From Schmidtea nova (lineage: Eukaryota): a stretch of 64,000 nt of DNA. The notes under the pieces are model-generated. The model searched no databases and was not told where the DNA came from. It saw only the letters and a program-made list of their open reading frames with translations. A program made the translations under genes and the position numbers. This document shows positions 53,848 to 64,000 of this stretch, piece after piece (positions within the stretch are counted from its first letter, which is position 1; each line of letters begins with the position of its first letter). The stretch lies in contig CM097882.1 in assembly GCA_044892505.1 (NCBI GenBank), positions 440,262,001-440,326,000 on the forward strand, in the 5' to 3' direction.

Positions 53848-55270
53848 ATACTTTTCTGGTTGTTCAATTTGTGCTTGGCTTTTCCTAGAGTTATCTTCGA
53901 TGCTTGTTCTTGTTGTCTTTTGATAGAATTGTGTGTTTATTGAAATTTCTCTGTTTTCTTTGATGCTTGATTCACTGTTTGTATTCTGGGTGTATTTATC
54001 GTTTGTTATTTGATAGGGTCTTTTTATTGATGCTGATCATGCTCTTTTAATTTTTTCCACTACGGATTTGTCTAATAATTGGTTAAATTTAGAACTGGGT
54101 CTGAATTTTTCTCTGTAAAGCTTCTCAATGATCGGCGAATTTCTTTCCTGATTTGGATTCCGATTTTTGTACGGTTACTCAATTTACCGTTGGCTTCTTT
54201 TTGACGTGGGTTTGTCCTCTTGAATTATGTTTTACTTGTTCTGTATCTGTAACTTTCTGTTCGTTTGACTTGTTGGTTGTTGTTGACTTGAATTGGTTGC
54301 TTGGTTCGTTTTTTGATTGAAATCTACAAAATAAAATACACTTTTAACCATTTGGGTGGCTGTCACCGCTCACCCAGTTCCTTCAAATAATTATTAATAA
54401 ATAAATTCTGCTCTTTAGTTTTTTCGAATATTTATGGGTATTTTATGGCTCGGTTATCTTTCTCCCTTGATTTTAGTCTATTCTATCTGTATTGCAATAT
54501 TAATTGTACTTTACCTCGTCGTAATTCATCTTAGACAATTCTTTTATTAACTTCATCACTTTGTATTTTTTCAGTGTTTTCTCGTTTTTATAAATAGGGT
54601 TGTTAGGGTCCTTGTCACTTAATTCTCTAATCGATGTATTTCTTTTTAATTATTCTATATCCTTGCTGCTTGTGGTCTTTATGTCCTTCCTTTATGATCT
54701 CTTGAATTCTCTCGAATTTAATTGTTTTACTCTTGTCGTCTTCACTATTTTCTCTAGTCGATGATTTTTAGTTTATTTGTCTTAGGTCTTATTTCATACA
54801 ATTATTATTTACTCGTTCCTACAACTTTTGCTTGCTCGTACAGCTATTGTTTTAATTGTTTATAACATTATTATTATATTTGCTTATAACACTTTTATTT
54901 TACTTGTTTATACCCCTTTTACTTGTTCGTATAACTTTTGTTTTGATTGTTCGTCCTACTATCATTTTACTTGTTTTTACAATTAGTATTTTGTTTGTTC
55001 GCCTTTTACTCTGTTCTATCCCTTGTTATTTTTCTTTGACTCTGTATGCTGGTTTTTTCAGTCAGTATTTAGGCTACATCATTAGCTAGTCTCTCGTATC
55101 CTTTTAATCCTCTGATGCGCACCTTTTAACTCTATAAAACTCTGATCGTTGACGACTTTATTTTCCTCATTCGATATTACTGTTTCTACTATCCGGATAG
55201 TTTTTAATATGACTGTCTTTAATCTAATAATTTCTTTAATAGGCCCTTGACCTCTTTCAAATTATTTTAT

Positions 55271-55413
55271 TATATGTCCCGTGGCCTCAATTTATTTTAT
55301 GTCCCTTTTAAAATATTTATGGCTCTATATGTCCCTTGGCCACAATTTTATTTTATGTCCTTTTTAATATATTCATGGCTCTATATGTCCCTTGGCCTCT
55401 ATTTATTTTATGT
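55271..55413. repeat. Tandem repeat, 55-56-bp unit, about 2.6 copies
   Basis: TATATGTCCC(G/T)TGGCC starts at 55271, 55326 and 55382. Confidence 0.9.
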
Positions 55414-57319
55414 TTCTCACATGACACAATTTATCTTATTCCAGACCGGTCTATTCATGGCCGCTTATTATCGGCAACTCTATTTACTAATCTCAGTTGA
55501 TTAATTCCTAATACCTCTATTCATTCTTACTTCTACAACGTTGTTTTATTCTGATTTTTGGGTATTCTCGTTTTTATGCTATAGTCTTTTATCGTTACTT
55601 AATTGTTATTCTTGCTAGCTAGCTTTTATTTCACTTTCCTTATTCGCTATATTTACCTGGTTCGTTTCAATTGTTACTTTTAACTTGCTTTCTTGGTTCT
55701 GACAGCGCTGTTTCTACTATGTTTCAAATTCTCGTGATGTTTTATTAGTTTAATTTTATTCCTTGTAAGCTTACAGATTTTCTCTCTTGCTTTTATGATT
55801 TAACTATTCACGGTGTATTTTTATATTACCTATTCTTATTGCGTACTTTTTATAATTTATATTCGTTATGGGATTTCCCTCACCTCCTGACTCCAGATCA
55901 GAGACAATCGCGCTAGTCCATTCCAGAATCGTGTGGTGATCAGTCACACGCAAGAATTTTCCAGCATCTGCGATGGTACCCAGTCTCTCATCCTTCATCG
56001 AGGATGATCGGTAATTTCCCAAATTATTATATCGTACTACCTTTGTGGTAGCTCAAAAATTCGTTTTACTATTACTTAACAAGATATTCAACATACACTA
56101 AATTGAAATTTATTGGTTCTATTCGAATGATTTGGTTCTAAATTTTTCCTTTTTAATTTACCCATCCTTTAGTTTGATTTCCTTACCAGCCAGTCTTTAT
56201 TTGATTACCTTGTGGTTTACTATCGTCTATCTTAATTTTGTTACCCCTCTTTTTATTTTATTTCTTCTCTATCTCGTTATTTCTGGATTCTGTTTTGAGT
56301 TTAGCTCATTCGTTTTGATTGTCTTTTTACTCGACTTTACTTTTGGTTTCGTTCATCTCGTTTAATTTTTACTATTCATCTCTGTTTATAATGTTTACTT
56401 TTGTTTGTTTCCCCCGATTCCCCGATTCCCCGATCTACTTTATTACGCATGCGTTCCTTCTCGTCAAATTTATCTTTTAAGTAGGCATGTCATCCGTTTT
56501 TGATAGTTTTAATTTCCGGTTAGTGTTTACTTTTAATACTTTCTGTGTTGTTCTCTCCGCGGTTTCCTTCAAATGTCGTCCTCGACATAATGTTCGTTTT
56601 GTATTTGTTGTCGTCATATATGTTGTTTGTAATTCGTCTTTGATTTTGAGTTTTTCTCGTTTAGTAACGTAGTTCTCGTCCGATAAGTTTTCAGTTTGTG
56701 TATTTTCCCTGGTTATTTACTACTTTTAGTGTTTTTACTTTTACTTTTGATTGGTTCGATTTTTTGCCCATCATCCTTTCTGTTACTAACTCGGATCGTC
56801 TTTTAATTATCTCTTGATTCACTACTAACTTCCTTATAATTCTCATATCTTTCGCAAACAAACGCCTGTATCCATTTACATTAGTTGTTTTACATTTCCT
56901 TTACTTTTGGCTTTATTGCGGTTATTTCTTTCGTTTTATTCAATTATACTTCCTTTCCCACCTTTCTTTATTCAAACGTTCCTCTATGCGAATTTTCCAA
57001 CAGATTCTAAGCACTTATCCTTTATTCCCCCACATTTTACTATCTGCTCATGATATTTCTCACTGAAGCAGATCAAAACACAATACTTTGCACTAATTGT
57101 ATTTCATTTGTTAATTTCGACATAGTTTCTGTAAAGACGCTGTATTTCTTTTTCCCATATTTGCTCTTGCAACTACTAAATTTGATTTATTCCTTGTTTT
57201 TCGTTTCATTATGGTTTTGGACGTTAATCATTGTCTTTTCGTTTAAATTTTCTGAGGGTGCTATTCATTGTAACAAAATGAGTATTTTCCATTTTCGGGC
57301 ATTATTCATTTTTAGTCAA

Positions 57320-57550
57320 TGCATATTTTCACTTTTGACGTTAATTACTGCAATATTTGCTATATTTCCGATTTTTATGTTATTCAGTGTACTGCAATAC
57401 ATATTTTTAATTTTGATGTTGTTCACTGAAATATTGCATATACTTTCGCCTTTAATGTTATTCACTGATATGTCACATGTCTTTTCGATTTCGATGCTAT
57501 TCATTGATAAGCAATACACATTTTCGCCTTTGGTGTTATTTGTTGAAGCT
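57320..57550. repeat. Degenerate 39-bp tandem repeat, about 6 copies
   Basis: A recurrent ATGTTATTCACTGA-like core every 39 bp. The unit length is a multiple of 3, which accounts for ORFs 57050..57559 and 57316..57519. Confidence 0.8.
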
Positions 57551-58165
57551 CCTCATTAAATTTCTCGTCGAGGGATAACAATTTCAATTTACAATTTAAA
57601 AACTTATTTTGAGTTATATGAGAATTTTGTTTGGTGTTTTAATGCACTATTTTTTGATTATGTAATTTAGTACTTTTTAAAAATATATGCTTTTTGAATT
57701 TTATGCTAAGCGTTTTTATTTCAAAAATAAATAGAGAGACACATTTAGTTGGCAACGTTAAATTTTTCATTATAACTTCGTAAATGACTTTATCTACTGA
57801 CGCTCTTTTTTCACCATATTATACCATGTTATAAGTGCAACAAGATAAGAATATTGTTTGACAAAGGCTGATTTATATTGAATTTGTTTAAATGACGCGG
57901 TAACATAGTAAGTAGAGAGCGGGCAAGAAATGAACTTATATTGAAATAGATAAAACACCAAATAAACAAAACTAATCAAAGAACTTATGAAAATTAATTA
58001 AAACACATCTTAAAATTAAAAAAAACCTAATAACATGAAGTAAGCATAAAAACACAAATATAACATAAAAGCATTTAATTACAGTAATTTACTGCGAATA
58101 ATTACAATTACGTGCAATTGATTAATAAATTATTTAATTTTATGAAATTAAAGCAAAACAATTGT

Positions 58166-58189
58166 TATATATATATATATATATATATA
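58166..58189. repeat. (TA)12 microsatellite
   Basis: Read directly from the sequence. Confidence 0.95.
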
Positions 58190-58279
58190 AAGTAATGTTC
58201 AATAATTAATGTATATTAAAACTTTGTTTGAATATATCAAATTCGGCACTTTTATAAAAATATATATTTATTGTTATTA

Positions 58280-58955
58280 TAATATTTGAAGAGATTGTAA
58301 CCAGCAACCACGCAGAGAAAATCAAGCCGATTCACTTGGTGACTTTAATTTTTAATCGGATTGTTGTTTACGGTCTTATTTAAAAATATGTCATGAGATT
58401 TCAAATGATTAATCAATGCCGATGTTGTGGATCCTTTACATCCAATACTTCGACCACATTTATTACACATGGCAACTGGTGACTTGTCTTCTTTCCGCAA
58501 AAAAAATAAGTCCAAACATCTGATGGTTTCGATATGGCTAGCTAAAATAAATAATAAGTTAAAACTTATAAGTATAAAAATTCAATATTTGTTATTATGT
58601 TATTAACTGTAAATAGGATAATAGATTATAAAATTTTATAATTATAATAAAATTTATAAAAATAAAAATTAATGAAAATTAAATAATAAAAATTATAATA
58701 AAATTTTAGATTATAAAATAATTATTAATAATTCAAAAATAAAATTAACTTTATCAAATTAAACAAACAATATTAAATTAGAAATTAATACTCAAATTTA
58801 CACTAAATAAGATTAAAATTAGGAAAATATTAAAATTCTTATAATATAAATATGAGTGAATACTTTACGAATACTTTTTAAAGTATTCGAATAACGAATG
58901 CTTAAAAACAGGCGAATATATTCGGGTTTCGAATATTCGGATTGGAGTTAGTTGA
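58280..58955 (-). mobile_element. 5' fragment of a hAT-type transposon with a BED zinc finger
   Basis: Minus strand 58529-58387 reads KPSDVWTYF / (one frameshift in a T8 run) LRKEDKSPVAMCNKCGRSIGCKGSTTSALINHLKSH, a BED finger pattern (W..F, CxxC, HLxxxH). Clustered CGAATA/TATTCG motifs at ~58,860-58,945 look subterminal. Confidence 0.75.
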
Positions 58956-60479
58956 TATAACAATTTTTATTTAAGTAACTATAAGAAAAAAATAAAAATC
59001 GACACTACTCACGGTGAATTATAATAATATTTTCTTATTTTAAGTTAATTTTCCTTAGAGATTCTGTTTATCTTTCTATAGAAATTTTCATACACTTGTT
59101 CGAACAATATTTTTGACTTTCAAATTTTTAATTTTTAATTAGTTGTAAATTGTTATTTCTTTAGTCTAAATCTTCTTTAACTTTCAATTGTCGTTAGTAT
59201 TTTTCAATTTGTCCTTTCAATTCCAATTTTTACTTATTAATCAAATTGTCATTGACAATTGATTTTTTTCAATTTTTATTTTTTTCATTTTCGAATTCCA
59301 AAAATAATAAACGCAAATTACAGAATAAAAGGGGGGGGGTAATTCTTTGTCTGCGAGGACGCCCTTATTTATAATAGCGACAATGACAAGGACCATAACA
59401 ATCATGATAATCACGACAATAAAAATTTAACAAAGAGAGAAAATTTGCAAAAATTACAAGCCTGATTTTTAGGAGTGCGAGATCGAAATGAGGAGGGCCG
59501 TATCCAAGTAACGATTGCCAGACAACTGGTAAACCGTGAACTTTTATATTAATTTTTTTTTATTTTTTAGTAATTAAATCATTTAATAGATATTTTAATT
59601 TAAATTAAAAAAGACACAGTACTAAAATTCATTTTAAAAAAATCCTTAAATTTTAGGACATGATAGGTAATAATTAACTTAGATTTTACGTAAATGTCTT
59701 TTGGTAGTAATTATGAAAAAAACCTATAATAATATAAAAGTAAATCTAACAAAAAATTTAGGAAGTATATAAATAGCTAATTTACTCTTTTTTCATCCTT
59801 TATTATGTTACTCGCACTCTTGCAGTATTTACATAAACGTAAAGTACCAAAGATCAAAAAATATTTTTAGACTCCCACACCGACATTCAAATTGTTATAA
59901 ATTTGACGAGGAAAAGAGATAAGGAATAAATTTTTGAAATGAATGTGTATGATTTTGATGTGATAATTTAAAATTTAAATATGGTCGAATCTTGTCTATG
60001 GGGTCGGCTAGAGCTGAAGAAGCCCAAAATAATGGACACATCCGTGATGGATTTTTCAATAAATTGTACAATTACATTTTCATTGATTGATCTGATTTTC
60101 CTTTTTCATCTGTCGTATTTTTGTATAATTGTCCGTTATTTTATATTTTGTTGAATTTACTCAATAATGAAAGTATCAATGAGTGATTGTTTGTCATTGT
60201 TTTTGAATGAATATGATTCTTCTTTTATTAAATTACCGTTTGTATGCGAATAACTGAATAATTTTGCTGATTAATTAATAAATTAAATTTGAAAAGAACT
60301 CGAGCGAGGATAAATTTAATTCGAACAATTAAAATGATATTTCATTAAGAAGTATTCATGTTAGTTTGCTTTAGCCATCATAATTTCTCGGGTATAGTTA
60401 GAGCCATTTAGAATAAATTTTTGAATATATTGTGTGATAGATAAAATCGAGATTATAATTTCTATCAGTCGCCTTTGAA

Positions 60480-60950
60480 CCCAATTGTGATACCCGGTCA
60501 ATCATACTTCTGAATCAGTTAACTCTTACTTTTTGCGGATATCTACTCATTTGTTAAAGCACCAAAGTTGCTATGCGACGGGTAACGCTACAGTTTGTCA
60601 AAACTTTAATACGTTTACTATATTTAAGTTGATAGGTAGTAACTCACTAATATTATAATGTTCTTCAAAAGTGAAAACTGAATTTGGATACATGAAAGCT
60701 ACTTGACAAACTTTGATCATGAACTATTCTATTGATTTTGTAAGCTCCTGTTTCAATTGCATAAGTTTAAATTTAAAGAAAATAGATGAAGAATACTTAA
60801 TAAACCTGTGTTCTAGAGCGACAAAAGATTCATCTAAATTTTTGCATCCTTCTAGTAATATAAAAATGTTAGCTGGAACAAGAACCAGTATTGCTTCTAA
60901 TATGTCATTATCGGTTAAATTTGACTTAGCAATAAAGACTTAGAATATCC
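60480..60950 (-). pseudogene. Retrotransposon gag remnant
   Basis: The minus strand reads ESFVALEHRFIKYSSSIFFKFKLMQLKQELTKSIE*FMIKVCQVAFMYPN, resembling the retrotransposon gag LxxLKQxxxSVxxY region. Confidence 0.5.
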
Positions 60951-61491
60951 TTAACCACTAAATGAATTTTTTCAGGTGGATTATTGTTTTTAAAAAATTT
61001 ACAAATTCATTATTGCTGTTGAATTTATTTAATAAAATTGAGCAAAGTAAACAAAAGTAATCAACAACCTATATATGTAAAAATTAATTAAAATTAAATT
61101 GAACAATTTGCAAGAAAGAAACACGAGAAAAATACAAACAAAACAACTTAACGAAAACTCGTAATAGAATTAGGTTAACAAAAAAATGCAAAAAAAATTA
61201 GAAATAATTTTCTTAATTTTAATAATATAATAGTAAAAAATATAAAAATTAATTATAAAAATTAAAATTAAAGTGATTAAAATTTATGTAAAATATAAAA
61301 TTTTGGTAAAAATGAAATTTATTAAAGTAATAAATAAAATGTGATACATAAATAAAAATTTATTTTGGTAAAAATAAAATATTTAACTTTGATAATAAAT
61401 TAAATTAAGCATCAAAAACATTCTAGAAAAATTTGTTTTACTACATCAATTAAAATACACATTGTTTTGTCGTTAGCAGAGTTTATTAAAA

Positions 61492-61627
61492 TATAATAAT
61501 AAGGTAACAGTGTTAAGTTAATTGGAAAGAATTTAGTATTGAAATGATCAGGATCTTTTAAGATCGAAATATTTTATTTAAATAAACATTGCGGAGAAAG
61601 GCTTAACACTGTTACCTTATTATTATA
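61492..61627. mobile_element. 136-bp MITE-like element with perfect 26-bp terminal inverted repeats
   Basis: TATAATAATAAGGTAACAGTGTTAAG (61492-61517) and its exact reverse complement (61602-61627); the ends are TA. Confidence 0.75.
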
Positions 61628-63105
61628 CATTAATTAAATTAAATGGTATATATAGTGATGCCATTTTCAGTCAAATCCCGTCTTTTTCCGAAAAATTGCA
61701 GTTTTTTTAAATCTCTCATCAGTAAAAAAGTGAGGCACATCGCTGTCTGAATTTTTGGGAAGATACTGCATCATTCTGCGCATGCAATTTCACTCTGTTG
61801 TTTTCATGTCTTAAAAGGATTTTGGATGAGTTACAACTATTCAGATTGGTTTTTGATGAAATATATCCCGATGAGAAAATAAAAATGAGTTAGTGTGAAA
61901 GAATAATTTTCGCGTTCGTTTTGAAGATGTTAATTCCGTGCAATCGTGTCCACATATCAACAATGGAAAGCGTGTTTACGATTCATCGATCGATGACATT
62001 AAATGAAAAGATTATTGGAAATATTTATAAAATTTTTATAAAAATGTACGATTTAACAAATTTAATACTCATTAACACTTAATATGACAATGTGATGGCT
62101 ACATACATCATAATAGCGCGATTAAATAAAAAATCTTTCTAAATAAATGAAATGAATTAAAATTAAAATAAATGTAGAAATTTCTGAAATAAAATCAATT
62201 GAAATGCATGTATGCTCTGTCAATTCTAAGATTCCGTGAAATTCCGCATACTTCACATGAAACCCGATACCAAAATGCGTGGGCGGCGCATAAATTGTGG
62301 TACACAATGTTGAGATAAATAATTTAACTTCCTTGTCACCAGCCAGTTTCCTTACTATGAAAATCGCTGTTAAATTTCTATTTAAATTATATGCTACTCA
62401 GCAAGAACCAGGTATATGTAATCTTTATTTCGGGCAAAAGTAATTTAAATGTAAATTTTTTTGGCAATAAATATTCTTAAGTTTCATTTAATTTTATTCA
62501 TGTTAAATTTTTAGCTTTAATTATTTCCCATTTATACAAAACCATTTAAACTTGGTTAAGGACAGAATCTTCGTGTCCTAAAAGAATCATTGGGAAATTC
62601 TTTTCACTGTAGCAGTTGTGACATGACTTAGTCCACATTCATAACAGCAACTTTGTCTGTCTTAAGGATGTAAAGTAGGCTTAGTTGCGCCAAATTCTTG
62701 TTTATTGGAATAAAATGGCTTTGTATCAGTATAGTTTCTTGTCAAGTACATGCATGCAAAATAGTTTGGTAAATGTAATTTCAAGGAAATATTAAAGATG
62801 GAAAACAAAGCAAAATCCTAAAATACTTTCCCGGGAAATATAAGGATATTCCTACGCAAATTTTGAAACCAATGATTTCAAATCATAACTCAGAAATCAA
62901 GGTGGAACGCTGGTCACATATTTTGAAGAAATATGGGTGTGAACTGTGGATAACGTTTGTATTTTCAAAATACGGAATAATTGATAATCGTACTTACTAT
63001 GGAAATATAAAGTGAAAGTGTGTGTAAGACCTTGAACTCGAAAAGAGAATTCAATGAGAAGTATTTTAGGTAACGCAGTTAGTAGGCAGACATGACGAGC
63101 CGGGA

Positions 63106-63206
63106 ACAAAGACACTATGACTCATCGATGACTCATAACAAAGAACATGACTCAACCCCCCCGATGACTCATTTTAAACAAAGATATAAGACTCATCGAT
63201 GACTCA
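63106..63206. promoter_or_regulatory. Cluster of five AP-1 (TGACTCA) motifs
   Basis: TGACTCA at 63118, 63129, 63148, 63165 and 63200. Confidence 0.55.
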
Positions 63207-63261
63207 TTTCAAATTTAAATTTGAATTTCCAAAGGTCAAATAAGGTCAAACCTTCAAACAA

Positions 63262-63768
63262 GGGTATCACTCGAAAGGTCTTTGAAAGGTCTATACAATG
63301 GTCATACTCTCGAAGGTTTATGGAGGGTCCTTAACCTTCAAAGGGTCAAAAACCTTCAAATTTTTTCAATCCTTACAAGTTATATATCATTCGAAAAGTA
63401 GTTGAGAGGTACGTATGATGGTCATACCTTCGAAGGTGTATAATGTGTGCTCAACCTTCAAAGGGTGCAAAATCTTCAAATTTCTTCAAACTTTATAATA
63501 TGTATATCAAACAAAAGGTAATTTAGAGGTGTACATGATGGTCATTCCCTCGAAGGTCCATTGTGGGTGCTCAACCCTCAAAGAGTCTGAAACCTTCAAA
63601 TCTTTTCAAACTTTATAATATACATATCATTCAAAAGGACTTTTGATGGTGAGTTTGAAGGTCATACTCTTGAAGGGTCCAAGGTTCAAAATATTTAAAA
63701 CCTTAAAAATATGTACATCAAAACAAAAGGTAATTGAAGGGTGGGTATGATGGTCATACCCTTGAAGA
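63262..63768. repeat. 120-bp diverged tandem repeat (about 4 copies) with a palindromic (CC)TTCGAAGG core
   Basis: GGTCAT recurs at 63300, 63420, 63540 and 63660 (exact 120-bp period) and at 63752 after a truncated unit. Perfect ACCTTCGAAGGT at 63426-63437. Confidence 0.9.
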
Positions 63769-63798
63769 TCAAAATGTTTTCTTAATGACGCATCTGCG

Positions 63799-63906
63799 TG
63801 ACTCATCAGTATGACTCATCAACATGACTCATCGATGACGTCATTTATGAGTCATAACAAAGAACATGACCCCCATTGAGTCATAAATGACGTCATTTAT
63901 GACTCA
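63799..63906. promoter_or_regulatory. Cluster of six AP-1 and two CRE (TGACGTCA) motifs
   Basis: TGA(C/G)TCA at 63799, 63812, 63825, 63848, 63877 and 63900; TGACGTCA at 63836 and 63888. Confidence 0.55.
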
Positions 63907-64000
63907 CCAACACAAACAAATATTAACAAAGACATTGCAATGCACGTGCAAATTAACAAAGACTTTGCAAAGTGAATGCAACGAAACAAAGAATAATAAA

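Larger units (their letters stand above)
48540..54300 (-). mobile_element. Decayed Ty3/Gypsy LTR retroelement, gag-PR-RT-RH-IN followed by a possible env-like region; boundaries approximate
   Basis: A clear gag is followed by degenerate pol motifs in Gypsy order. Paired LTRs were not identified. Confidence 0.7.
54880..57580 (-). mobile_element. Second decayed Ty3/Gypsy element (pol remnants)
   Basis: Minus-strand motifs in PR-RT-RH-IN order: MDTG (~56,875), RKLKLSKTDDMPT (~56,500), GKFLRVTDHHTILEW (RNase H TDH motif, ~55,940), IVSCEKHK (~55,420), IVETVISNE (~55,180). TGTTATCC at 57,580 could be an LTR start. Confidence 0.55.

Noticed and set aside
59325-59530. Polypurine tract (AAAAGGGGGGGGG) followed by an LTR-like segment
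   Set aside because: There is no TG start, partner LTR or TSD, and it is on the opposite strand to the nearby gag remnant.
45521-63115. Many 60-170-aa ORFs rich in F/L/I on the + strand, and other short ORFs
   Set aside because: They are by-products of T-rich antisense retroelement DNA, tandem repeats or AT-rich intergenic sequence, with no coding signature.

Overview
AT-rich eukaryotic genomic DNA. Bases 1-42,690 are one uninterrupted + strand reading frame that enters from upstream of the window; the listed start at 21 is a Leu codon inside a repeat. It consists of about 43 near-identical 990-bp (330-aa) tandem units, so it is the 3' part of a giant exon of more than 42.6 kb. Splicing by hand at GT-AG sites keeps the frame through six more exons (introns of 37, 40, 39, 41, 2619 and 47 nt) to a stop at 46,586. 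That gives at least 14,586 aa of an unrecognised, helical, Lys/Glu/Leu/Asp-rich repeat protein with a unique Ser-rich and coiled-coil-like C-terminus. The long intron holds an internally deleted hAT element with a target-site duplication. The rest of the window (46.6-64 kb) is mostly decayed mobile DNA: a gag-pol(-env-like) Ty3/Gypsy element, a second decayed Gypsy pol, a BED-finger hAT fragment, a gag remnant and a small MITE. At the far end is a 120-bp palindrome-containing repeat array flanked by dense AP-1/CRE motif clusters. No rRNA, tRNA or CRISPR features were seen. All homology calls are motif recognition by eye, not database searches.
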